A program made the position numbers and the translations under genes. The notes beneath the pieces were generated by a model, which did no database searches, had not been told where the DNA came from, and worked only from the letters and a program-made list of their open reading frames with translations. Positions 8,759 to 17,752 of a DNA stretch of 64,000 nt are shown piece after piece (position 1 is the first letter of the stretch; the number at the start of each line of letters is the position of its first letter). The stretch comes from an uncultured SAR86 cluster bacterium (GTDB lineage: Bacteria > Pseudomonadota > Gammaproteobacteria > Magnimaribacterales > TMED112), in assembly GCA_902526535.1 (NCBI GenBank), contig CABZLG010000003.1, positions 18,222 to 82,221 on the forward strand, in the 5' to 3' direction.

Positions 8759-10368
8759 GTAATATGCAAAACTGGAATCAAAATGTAGCTAGCATTATTG
8801 ATTACGCACAAAGAAATTTTCCTGAAGTTGAGATTGTCTCAAGAACACTTGATGGAAAAATACATAAATCAAATTATGGTGAAGTTGCCAAACGATCTAA
8901 AAAAGTTGGTGATTCACTAGAAAAATATGGAATTAAGAAAGGTCAAAATGTTGGCTCTTTAGCACTTAACACTTACAGAAATATGGAGCTTTATTACGGT
9001 ATTTCAGGGATGGGAGCTGTAATGCATACTATTAACTTTAGGCTTCATCCAGAGCAGGTGGTCTACATAATAAATCATGCTGAAAATAGAATAATTTTTA
9101 CTGAGACAGTTTTTGCACCATTGTTAGAGGCTGTTCAAGATAAGTGCCCAACTGTGGAGCAATATGTTCTTTTGTGCTCAAAAGAGGAAATGCCTGAATC
9201 AAATCTTAAAAATGCAGTTTCTTATGAGGAATTTATTGAAAAGGGCGATGAAAACTATAATTGGCCACTCTTGGATGAGGATGCAGCATGTGGTTTATGT
9301 TATACATCAGGTACAACTGGTAATCCAAAAGGAGTTCTTTATTCTCACAAATCAACTTTATTACATGCTTGGGCTGGATCCTCTGCTAATGGATTGGGCT
9401 TTACAAGAAGTGACTCTATTTTAATGGTAGTGCCAATGTTCCACGTTATGGGCTGGGGACTTCCATATATTGGTGCCATGAATGGTATTAAGCTTGTTCT
9501 ACCAGGTATGGGCATGGATGGAGCTGCGTTGGTTGAATTAATCCAAAAAGAGCAAGTAACTTTAGCTTTCGGAGTACCAACCATATGGTTGGGATTACTA
9601 AATTATTGTACAGAGCAAAAAATTACACTTGATAGCGTAAAACAAACAGTAATTGGAGGTTCTGCGGTGCCATATTCTATGATTAAGCAATTTGACGAAG
9701 AACATGACATAAATGTAGTTCAAGGGTGGGGTATGACTGAAACAAGTCCCCTTGCCACTGCTAATCTTAGAACTAAAGAAATGGAAGCGATGCCAAAAGA
9801 AGATATGTACAAGCTTCAAACTAAGCAAGGAAAACCAGTTTATGGAGTGGAGCTAAAAATTGTTGATGATGATGGCAAAAGATTACCCGAAGATGGAGAA
9901 GCATTTGGCAGACTTTTAATTAGGGGACCATGGGTAAACAAAAGATATTACAAATTTGAAGAAGATGCTGTAGATGCAGACGGATGGTTTGATACTGGTG
10001 ATATATCAAGTATAGATCCTGCTGGATATATGACTATTGTTGATAGAGCGAAAGATGTGATTAAATCAGGAGGAGAGTGGATTAGTTCTGTTGATTTAGA
10101 AAATGTTGCACAAGGACATCCTGATGTGATGCAAGCATGTGTTATTGGAGTAGCCCATCCAAAATGGGATGAGAGACCACTTCTATTAATTGTTGCATCA
10201 GGAGATAAAAAAGATAAAGAATCTGTATATAGTTTTTTAGAAGATAAAATTGCTAAATGGTGGAAGCCAGATGATATAGTATTTGTTGACGAGTTACCTT
10301 TAGGAGCAACTGGTAAAGTTCTGAAGGTTAACCTTAGAGATCAATTTAAAGATCATCTAATCAAATAG
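8755..10368 (+). CDS. Fatty-acid--CoA ligase (AMP-forming acyl-CoA synthetase)
   Basis: ORF track 8713..10368. The ATG at 8755 overlaps the upstream stop (ATGA). It has the AMP-binding motifs YTSGTTGNPKGV, GWGMTET, DTGD and the C-terminal GKVLK. Confidence 0.9.
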   Translation: MSNMQNWNQNVASIIDYAQRNFPEVEIVSRTLDGKIHKSNYGEVAKRSKKVGDSLEKYGIKKGQNVGSLALNTYRNMELYYGISGMGAVMHTINFRLHPEQVVYIINHAENRIIFTETVFAPLLEAVQDKCPTVEQYVLLCSKEEMPESNLKNAVSYEEFIEKGDENYNWPLLDEDAACGLCYTSGTTGNPKGVLYSHKSTLLHAWAGSSANGLGFTRSDSILMVVPMFHVMGWGLPYIGAMNGIKLVLPGMGMDGAALVELIQKEQVTLAFGVPTIWLGLLNYCTEQKITLDSVKQTVIGGSAVPYSMIKQFDEEHDINVVQGWGMTETSPLATANLRTKEMEAMPKEDMYKLQTKQGKPVYGVELKIVDDDGKRLPEDGEAFGRLLIRGPWVNKRYYKFEEDAVDADGWFDTGDISSIDPAGYMTIVDRAKDVIKSGGEWISSVDLENVAQGHPDVMQACVIGVAHPKWDERPLLLIVASGDKKDKESVYSFLEDKIAKWWKPDDIVFVDELPLGATGKVLKVNLRDQFKDHLIK

Positions 10369-10377
10369 GAGAAAATA

Positions 10378-10827
10378 ATGGAAGCAATAAAACCTAAAGA
10401 TTTACACAAAGAAATCGGAAAAGTACAAAGTACATCTTGGTTTGTAGTTGACCAAGGTATGATAAATACGTTTGCAGACGTCACAGATGACCCACAATTT
10501 ATTCATGTGGATCCTGAAAAAGCTAAACCAATATTTGGAAGCACAATAGCTCATGGAGCTCTTATGCTTTCACTATCTGTAGGAAAAGGTTATGAAACAG
10601 CAATTCCTATTGAAGGTACCAAAATGGCTATGAACTACGGATACGACAAAATTAGATTTGTCAGTCCAGTTCCAGTTGACTCAAACTGCAGATATAACAG
10701 TGAATTAATCGAAGTAACTGAAAAAGAAGGTGGTCGCTGGCTACTTAAATTTAAAATTGAGCTTGAGATTGAGGGTGCAGATAAACCAGGTTTTGTTGCC
10801 GAAAACCTCGCAATGATATTTGTATAA
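10378..10827 (+). CDS. MaoC-like (R)-specific enoyl-CoA hydratase / hot-dog dehydratase
   Basis: 149 aa with the hydratase-2 motif region VTDDPQFIHVDPEKAK...TIAHG. A GGAG Shine-Dalgarno sequence lies 8 nt upstream. Confidence 0.82.
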   Translation: MEAIKPKDLHKEIGKVQSTSWFVVDQGMINTFADVTDDPQFIHVDPEKAKPIFGSTIAHGALMLSLSVGKGYETAIPIEGTKMAMNYGYDKIRFVSPVPVDSNCRYNSELIEVTEKEGGRWLLKFKIELEIEGADKPGFVAENLAMIFV

Positions 10828-11941
10828 ATACCTAACAAAGTTAGTTCTTATATTTTTTGTGATCACTGGATGTTCTGGCGATTACAAGAATATCAATGAC
10901 TGTAAGAGCCTAGGCACTCTTGAATTAATTTGCAACCTACAAAATCCTGAAGATTTTGCCAAAATTCCTGAAGAGGAATCTATTGTGGTGTCCCAATTTG
11001 CTGGTCTACCTGAATTAAACGAGGGAAGGGTTTTGATCGGTAAACTTTCGAAGCTTGATCTAAAAACTAACGAGATAGAAGATTTTGATATAGAGTTTTT
11101 AGAAAAAAATAGTTTAGGCATTGGTGATAAAAACTGCGAACCATATAAGGAATTTTACCCACACGGCATAGATATACATGAGGGAATAAAACTTACTGGT
11201 GAAAACTTAAGTCCTTTTTTAGAGGAAGCTTCTCTACTTGCTGTAGTGAACCATCAAAAAGTTAGCAGTATAGAATTTTTTTTAATTTTTCCAGATTATG
11301 TAACCTTCTCAGACAAAGCAAACCCAACATTAATTTGGGTTGGGTGCACAAAAGCACCAAAAGAAAATACCTATTTTAATGATGTTGTTGTTTACGATAA
11401 CGAAGGCTCATTTTTCGCTACTCATCAATATGACAAAGATCTCGGCTTTTACTATCTCTTTTTTTTAAATATTTTTAGATTTGATACTGGTCATGTGTAT
11501 GAATGGAATTCTAAAGATGAATATTCTATTGTGCCGAATTCAGCCGGTACATGGCCGAATGGCATTGAAATGATTAATGATGATTTATATGTTAATTACA
11601 GAACGAATGGCATGATCTCAAAGTTTAGTAATGGCATTCGAAATGACTTAGTTTTAAGAGGTTATTTAAATGGTGGTCCAGATAATGTCATCGCTGTAGG
11701 TGATGAACTTTGGATTGGTGGACAAAATACTGATCTTGGCCAGCTGGCATGTATTAAAGAAACAGTTTTACAATGTCCAACACCTTTTTTTGTTATTCAC
11801 GCCGATAAGGATTTGAACGTTATAGAAGAATATAATTTTGAAGATGTTGCTTTCGGTGGAGCCTCAGTTGCTTATCCATTTGAGGATAAGGTTTTTGTTG
11901 GAGCTTATAAATCTGATCGAATTGGAATTTTTAAAAGATAG
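10820..11941 (+). CDS. Paraoxonase/arylesterase (PON)-family six-bladed propeller lipoprotein, putative lactonase
   Basis: 373 aa with a TTG start overlapping the maoC stop and a lipobox at the signal peptide end (LIFFVITG|CSG). By-eye colinear matches to human PON1 include PEDF, FYPHGID, LLAVVNHQK, FNDVVV, PNGIEMI, PDNVIAVGDELWIGG and ASVAYPFEDKVFVGA. Confidence 0.7.
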   Translation: MYKYLTKLVLIFFVITGCSGDYKNINDCKSLGTLELICNLQNPEDFAKIPEEESIVVSQFAGLPELNEGRVLIGKLSKLDLKTNEIEDFDIEFLEKNSLGIGDKNCEPYKEFYPHGIDIHEGIKLTGENLSPFLEEASLLAVVNHQKVSSIEFFLIFPDYVTFSDKANPTLIWVGCTKAPKENTYFNDVVVYDNEGSFFATHQYDKDLGFYYLFFLNIFRFDTGHVYEWNSKDEYSIVPNSAGTWPNGIEMINDDLYVNYRTNGMISKFSNGIRNDLVLRGYLNGGPDNVIAVGDELWIGGQNTDLGQLACIKETVLQCPTPFFVIHADKDLNVIEEYNFEDVAFGGASVAYPFEDKVFVGAYKSDRIGIFKR

Positions 11942-12027
11942 GATTAAAATAGATATTGGGAGAAGAGAGATTGCAATCAAATATACTTAAAATAATATAT
12001 TGGGTAGACAGCTGCTGGAAGTTGGTT

Positions 12028-12297
12028 ATGGACCACAGATATAATCCTTTGAGACACATTCCAGACCCATCTATTCAGGCGTATTTTACCCTTGTTCTTT
12101 TTACGATGTGGAGTTTTTTCTTTGGGCTAATAGCAACTTATTACCTTGGCTGGTACGGCTACAATGGTTTTGTCTCATTCGTTGTCCATGCCAGTTTACT
12201 GATTCCATTACTCTTTACCAGAGCAGCATTTATAGACGCAGAACGTGATGGCGCCAAATGGTTACTGCGATTAAAGAAAGAAAATAAAAAAGATTAA
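12028..12297 (+). CDS. Small hypothetical membrane protein (two predicted TM helices)
   Basis: ORF track 11956..12297. From the ATG at 12028 the protein is 89 aa with two hydrophobic spans (YFTLVLFTMWSFFFGLIATYYL, FVSFVVHASLLIPLLF). No family recognised. The stop overlaps the gatB stop (TTAA). Confidence 0.5.
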   Translation: MDHRYNPLRHIPDPSIQAYFTLVLFTMWSFFFGLIATYYLGWYGYNGFVSFVVHASLLIPLLFTRAAFIDAERDGAKWLLRLKKENKKD

Positions 12298-13730
12298 TTC
12301 AATTTTTTCTTCAGAAGTTGATTAACTAAACCTGGGTTTGCTTTCCCTTGTGTGGCTTTCATTACTTGACCAACAAAGAAACCAAATAGTTTTTCTTTAC
12401 CAGATTTGTAAGCCTCGACTTGGCTTGTATTCTCTGCAAGAATTTTATCAATGATTTTTTCTAACTCACCTTCGTCTGAGATTTGTTGCATGCCTTGGCC
12501 TTCTATAATTTTGGCTACATCCTCTCCTGATTGCCAAACTTCATCTAAAACATCTTTCGCTATTTTTCCTGAGATGGTGTTGTCAGAGATATTTTGAATA
12601 AGTTTTGAAAAATTAGCTGCTTCAACTTTGCTTTCTTTGAGACTGATATCGTTTTTATTTAATAAAGCATTGAGATCACCAATTATCCACTTAGCTGTAA
12701 GCTCAGCATCGGCCTCCTTTACAACTTCTTCAAAGAAATCAGCAGTTGATTTGTCAGCACACAATACTCCAGCATCATATTCATTAAGGTTATGCGTTTC
12801 CATAAGTCTTTTTTGCTTCTCCTCTGGAAGTTCACTTAAATTATCATTAACCTTTTTGACTAAATCTTTTGATATTTCATAAGGGACTAAGTCAGGACAA
12901 GGAAAGTAACGATAGTCATTAGCAAATTCTTTTGTTCTCATCGATCTGGTTTCGTCTTTTATAGAATCATAAAGTCTTGTTTCTTGCTCTACCTTATCTC
13001 CTGATTCTAAAACTTTAATTTGTCTTTTAATTTCAAAATTAATGGCTTTCTCTACAAATCTGAACGAATTAATATTTTTTATTTCTGCCCTGATGCCAAA
13101 CTCTTTATCGTCAGGCTGCATAATTGAAACATTTGCATCACAACGCATTGAGCCCTGTGACATATCTCCATCAGAAATATCTAAATAAGTGATAATTTGA
13201 TGAATTTTCTTTAAGTACTTTACAGCCTCTTGTGCTGAGCGAATATCAGGTTCAGATACAATCTCAAGGAGTGGTACTCCTGATCTATTTAAATCTACAA
13301 CTGACTCACTATCATAAATATCATGCATTGATTTCCCTGCATCTTCCTCAAGGTGAGCTTGATGAATCCTTACTTGTTTGCCTTCAACATCAACGACACC
13401 ATTTTTTACAATTGGATAATGCAGTTGTGTAATCTGATAGCCTTTTGGCAAATCTGGATAGAAATAATTTTTTCTATCAAAGACCATTGTTTTAGCAATT
13501 TCTGCATTTGTTGCTAAACCAAAAGCTATTCCCTGTTTAACAGCACCATCATTAAGCACAGGTAAAACTCCAGGTAGACCCATATCAATCAAGTCTACAA
13601 GAGTATTTGCTTCTTCACCGAATTGGTTTTTAGCAGGAGAAAAAAGCTTGGTATTGGTTTGTAATTGGACATGAATTTCAAGACCAATTACAGGTTGCCA
13701 GCCGTTAATTAAGGTGTCATTTTGTGCCAA
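12294..13730 (-). CDS. gatB: Asp/Glu-tRNA amidotransferase subunit B
   Basis: 478 aa with VIGLEIHVQL, NYFYPDLPKGYQITQ and a C-terminal YqeY-like tail. Part of the gatCAB operon. Confidence 0.96.
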   Translation of the reverse strand: MAQNDTLINGWQPVIGLEIHVQLQTNTKLFSPAKNQFGEEANTLVDLIDMGLPGVLPVLNDGAVKQGIAFGLATNAEIAKTMVFDRKNYFYPDLPKGYQITQLHYPIVKNGVVDVEGKQVRIHQAHLEEDAGKSMHDIYDSESVVDLNRSGVPLLEIVSEPDIRSAQEAVKYLKKIHQIITYLDISDGDMSQGSMRCDANVSIMQPDDKEFGIRAEIKNINSFRFVEKAINFEIKRQIKVLESGDKVEQETRLYDSIKDETRSMRTKEFANDYRYFPCPDLVPYEISKDLVKKVNDNLSELPEEKQKRLMETHNLNEYDAGVLCADKSTADFFEEVVKEADAELTAKWIIGDLNALLNKNDISLKESKVEAANFSKLIQNISDNTISGKIAKDVLDEVWQSGEDVAKIIEGQGMQQISDEGELEKIIDKILAENTSQVEAYKSGKEKLFGFFVGQVMKATQGKANPGLVNQLLKKKLN

Positions 13731-15136
13731 TCTGTCACCTCCTGCATTTTATGAGCGGTATTTAGCAATAATTCTTCTGAGAAATAATTTCCAACGAATT
13801 GTACACCTATTGGAAGGTTCTTAGAAAAACCATTAGGCAGGGACATAGCTGGTAGCCCTGCAAGGTTCGCTGGAATTGTTAATAAATCTTCTTTATACAT
13901 TCTATTTGGATCTGAACTTTCTCTATTCATTTCGAATGCTTGGTCTAAAGTTGTAGGTAAGAAAACTAAATCAACATCCATAAAAAATTCATCAAATTTT
14001 GATTTAATCATTCTCCTTACTTTTTGTGCTTTTCTATAATATGCGTCATAAAAACCGGCAGATAACACATATGACCCTATTAAAATTCTCTTTTGCACTT
14101 CATCACCAAAGCCTTCAGCTCTTGTTTTTAAATACAGTTCGCTTAAATTTTTTGCCTCAGATCTATATCCGTATTTAATACCATCAAATCTAGACAAATT
14201 TGAAGAACACTCAGCTGGAGCAATTACATAATATGAACAAATACCACTCGATAATTCTGTAAAATCTAATTCAACAAAACTATGTCCTAACTGCTCAAGT
14301 ATTTTTTTTGAACTTTCATAAGCCTTTAAGACTTCCTCTGATATTCCTAGATTTTCAACACCTTTTAAGACCCCAATCTTCAATTTACCAAAATCTTTAC
14401 TTAATCCTTTTTCATAATCAACAGATTCTCTTTTTGAGCATGTGGAGTCTTTGTCATCATAAGACGCCATGGCATTCAATAATGCTGAACAGGCAAAAGC
14501 ATCTCTAGCTATAGGGCCAGCTTGATCCATACTGGAACAAAAGGCAATCATACCCCATCTAGAAACAAGACCGTAAGTTGGTTTAAGCCCTGTAATTCCA
14601 CATAGAGCAGCAGGTTGTCTTATAGAGCCACCAGTATCTGTACCAGTAGAAATTGTTGTAATGTCAGCAGCTACACATGCAGCTGAACCGCCTGAGCTTC
14701 CTCCAGGAACTAATGAATCGTCCCAAGGGTTTTTAACAGGACCAAAAAAGCTCGTTTCATTTGATGAGCCCATAGCAAATTCATCCATATTTGTTTTACC
14801 AATCATAATGGAACCAGCATTATTGCAATTTTTAGTGACTGTAGATTCGTATGGCGGTACAAAATTTTCTAACATTTTTGATGCACATGTAGTTTTTCTT
14901 CCATCTGTACAAAATATATCCTTGTGTGCGATAGGAATTCCACCGAGGGGTTTATCTATATACTGATCAAAGTTTGTATCAATATATGATGCTCGTTCTA
15001 ATGCATATTCTTCAAAGTGACTTATAAACGCATTGAGATCACTTTTATCTTTTGCCTTTTTTAGACTTTCTTCAGTAAGCTCTTTAGCAGAAACTTTTTT
15101 ATCTCGAAAGTTATTTCTTATTTCTTGGAAATTCAT
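13709..15136 (-). CDS. gatA: Asp/Glu-tRNA amidotransferase subunit A
   Basis: 475 aa with the amidase signature GGSSGGSAACVA...TDTGGSIRQPA. Confidence 0.96.
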   Translation of the reverse strand: MNFQEIRNNFRDKKVSAKELTEESLKKAKDKSDLNAFISHFEEYALERASYIDTNFDQYIDKPLGGIPIAHKDIFCTDGRKTTCASKMLENFVPPYESTVTKNCNNAGSIMIGKTNMDEFAMGSSNETSFFGPVKNPWDDSLVPGGSSGGSAACVAADITTISTGTDTGGSIRQPAALCGITGLKPTYGLVSRWGMIAFCSSMDQAGPIARDAFACSALLNAMASYDDKDSTCSKRESVDYEKGLSKDFGKLKIGVLKGVENLGISEEVLKAYESSKKILEQLGHSFVELDFTELSSGICSYYVIAPAECSSNLSRFDGIKYGYRSEAKNLSELYLKTRAEGFGDEVQKRILIGSYVLSAGFYDAYYRKAQKVRRMIKSKFDEFFMDVDLVFLPTTLDQAFEMNRESSDPNRMYKEDLLTIPANLAGLPAMSLPNGFSKNLPIGVQFVGNYFSEELLLNTAHKMQEVTDWHKMTP

Positions 15137-15414
15137 TCAACTATTTTTGGTACAACGAAGTAATCTTCGTCAGATTTGGGTGATTTTTCTAAAAATTCTT
15201 CCTTTTTATTCCTATTTTTTTCTTTATCTGAACGGCTCACATTAGTAAGCTCAAGGGGATTATTCAGCGGTTCAAACTTATCGAGGTCAAGATCATTCAT
15301 TTGGTCAATCATTTCGAAAGTATTTTGCAATTTTTCTATGGTTTTATCTTGATCCTCCTCATTTACTCGGAGTCTCGACAAAAATAATAGATTTTTTAAC
15401 TCGATTTTATTCAT
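15133..15414 (-). CDS. gatC: Asp/Glu-tRNA amidotransferase subunit C
   Basis: 93 aa. Its size and position upstream of gatA fit, and it has a GatC-like N-terminus (LSRLRV.EED). Confidence 0.85.
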   Translation of the reverse strand: MNKIELKNLLFLSRLRVNEEDQDKTIEKLQNTFEMIDQMNDLDLDKFEPLNNPLELTNVSRSDKEKNRNKKEEFLEKSPKSDEDYFVVPKIVE

Positions 15415-15463
15415 TAAAAGCCTTATTCTATAAAGTTCTCAATATTATAGAGATATATTTGAA

Positions 15464-16504
15464 ATGTTAAAATTTTTAAAAGGTTTATTTTCTAATGATA
15501 TATCGATTGATTTAGGAACCGCCAACACTTTAATTTACACAAAAGAAAATGGAATCGTCTTGGACGAGCCTTCTGTAGTTGCAATTAAGGAGTCAAATGG
15601 ACAGAAATCTGTCATTGCTGTAGGGCATGATGCAAAAAAAATGCTTGGAAGAACTCCGGGTCAAATGGACGCTATAAGGCCATTAAGAGACGGAGTTATA
15701 GCTGACTTTAATGTAACAGAAAAAATGCTTCAGCACTTTATAAAGAAGGTTTCAAACAACAGCATTTTATCTCCGAGCCCTAGGGTTCTAGTTTGTGTTC
15801 CATCTAAAGCAACTCAAGTTGAAAAAAGAGCTATCAGAGAATCAGCATTATCTGCTGGTGCAAGCGTTGTAAAGTTGATTGAGGAGCCCATTGCAGCGGC
15901 ACTGGGTGCAGGAGTAAATATTGATAAACCTAGAGGAAGTATGGTTATTGATATTGGCGGTGGAACTTCTGAGGTTGCTATACTTTCTTTAAATGGAATT
16001 GTTTATTCAGAATCTCTTAAAGTTGGTGGAGATAAATTTGATGAGGCAATACAAGCTTATGTTAGAAGAAAATTTGGAGTAGTAATCGGAGAAACAACTG
16101 CTGAATTAATAAAACTACAAGTTGGATGCGCAACATTAAGCTGTAAAAAAGAATTTGAAGCTTATGAGTTCAGAGGAAGAAATTTAGCTGAAGGCATACC
16201 TGAATTAGTAATTTTTGAGAAAGAAGATGGTTTTAGAGCGCTTGAAAATCAAACATCAGCGATAGTAAGATCTGTCAGAACTGCACTTGAATTAGCACCC
16301 CCAGAGCTTGCTGCAGACATTTCACAAGATGGAATTGTTTTAACTGGAGGCGGAGCACTCTTACATTGCTTAGACACTTTAATTGAGCAAAGTACAGGAA
16401 TACCTACAACTGTTGCTGAAGATCCTTTAACCTGTGTTGCAAGAGGTGGTGGAATTGCCCTAGGCTTAATGGACAAAGATTTTGATCTTTTTGCTGATGA
16501 GTAA
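15464..16504 (+). CDS. mreB: Rod-shape determining actin homologue MreB
   Basis: 346 aa with [20 protein letters not shown] and LTGGGALL. Confidence 0.97.
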   Translation: MLKFLKGLFSNDISIDLGTANTLIYTKENGIVLDEPSVVAIKESNGQKSVIAVGHDAKKMLGRTPGQMDAIRPLRDGVIADFNVTEKMLQHFIKKVSNNSILSPSPRVLVCVPSKATQVEKRAIRESALSAGASVVKLIEEPIAAALGAGVNIDKPRGSMVIDIGGGTSEVAILSLNGIVYSESLKVGGDKFDEAIQAYVRRKFGVVIGETTAELIKLQVGCATLSCKKEFEAYEFRGRNLAEGIPELVIFEKEDGFRALENQTSAIVRSVRTALELAPPELAADISQDGIVLTGGGALLHCLDTLIEQSTGIPTTVAEDPLTCVARGGGIALGLMDKDFDLFADE

Positions 16505-17301
16505 TGCCAAGAGAAATATTTACATTTAGAAAAAAAATAATTCTCACATTTTCTTATATTCTTTTAATAGTCGCCCTTGTTTTAACTTCGTACTACTTGA
16601 ATTTAAACGAAACTTCACAAAGATATTTAGTCAAGGCATTAAAGATACCTGAAAACTTTATTGAAAACATTTCACAGGAATTTAAAGAATACGAAAGTTT
16701 AAAAATTGTTGAGCTCGAAAATGAGATCATAAATTTAAAAAATGATATTTATGAATCAGAGTTAAAGGTAAGATCTTTAGAAAATTCAAAATCTTATAAT
16801 ACGAATTTAAATTCATCTAAAAGTACAAAAAAATCTTATGTCTCAGCATTTGATCAAGTTAATTACAGCTGTTGTAAAAAACATGTGATTTACCTTCAGG
16901 CTGAGAATCCTATAGATAGTCAGGTTTTTTCAGTCTCTCAAGGAGATTTTATTATTGGCAAAACAAATGGATTAGTTGCTAATGAATTTAAGGTAAGATT
17001 ATTGAGTGATCCTGAAGAATTTATCTCTTTAAGGAATTCAAAAAATTTTTATTGTATAGCTCAAGGAAACGGACTACCACAACAAACAGTTTGTTTTAAC
17101 GAATCAAAAGCATCTAATTATGAAATAGGAGATACATTTTTTTCAACAGGGTTTGACGGAATTTACCCAAAAGACTTAATTGCTGGAAAGCTAATAGATA
17201 TTGAAATAGTTAAAGGTAATATGTTTAAGGAGAAGCTAACACTTGAGCTTTTCTTTGACCCTTATCAATCTATAGACAAAGGAGTAACTCTGTATGACTG
17301 A
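16504..17301 (+). CDS. mreC: Rod-shape determining protein MreC
   Basis: 265 aa with an N-terminal TM helix, a coiled-coil region, and GDTFFSTGFDGIYPKDLIAGKL (compare the MreC motif TSG..G.FP.G..IG). Follows mreB. Confidence 0.85.
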   Translation: MPREIFTFRKKIILTFSYILLIVALVLTSYYLNLNETSQRYLVKALKIPENFIENISQEFKEYESLKIVELENEIINLKNDIYESELKVRSLENSKSYNTNLNSSKSTKKSYVSAFDQVNYSCCKKHVIYLQAENPIDSQVFSVSQGDFIIGKTNGLVANEFKVRLLSDPEEFISLRNSKNFYCIAQGNGLPQQTVCFNESKASNYEIGDTFFSTGFDGIYPKDLIAGKLIDIEIVKGNMFKEKLTLELFFDPYQSIDKGVTLYD

Positions 17302-17752
17302 TATCTTCAGAATTTTACGGCTTATACTTCTTATAGTTATAAATTATTTATTATTAAGCTTTAATGTTTGGAAATGGACTCCTGATCTTTTTTTAATACA
17401 ATCATTATTGGCAATTGTTATTCTTAAAGTTCCTCCTGGTATTTATTATTTTGTTTTTAAGGGATTTATAATTGATCTTTTCTTCAGCAACCTTTCAATT
17501 CCTTATACTTTAACATTTTTTATTATCGGGCTTTTTTTTAAATTCTCAAAAATAAATTGGATTCAAAAATCTTTAGTTGAGCAAGTAACACTAATTTTAT
17601 TGATAAGTTATTTTCTAAATTTATTATTAAGTACAGTAAATACTTATTCAGCCGAGAATGAGCTAAGATTTTTGATAAATCCATTTATAAATGCATTTGT
17701 TTGGATTTTAATTTTCCTCAATCAAAGAAAAAAATGGTTAAAAAATATTTAA
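17294..17752 (+). CDS. mreD: Rod-shape determining protein MreD
   Basis: 152 aa polytopic membrane protein immediately after mreC. Assigned mainly by position and topology. Confidence 0.75.
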   Translation: MTDIFRILRLILLIVINYLLLSFNVWKWTPDLFLIQSLLAIVILKVPPGIYYFVFKGFIIDLFFSNLSIPYTLTFFIIGLFFKFSKINWIQKSLVEQVTLILLISYFLNLLLSTVNTYSAENELRFLINPFINAFVWILIFLNQRKKWLKNI

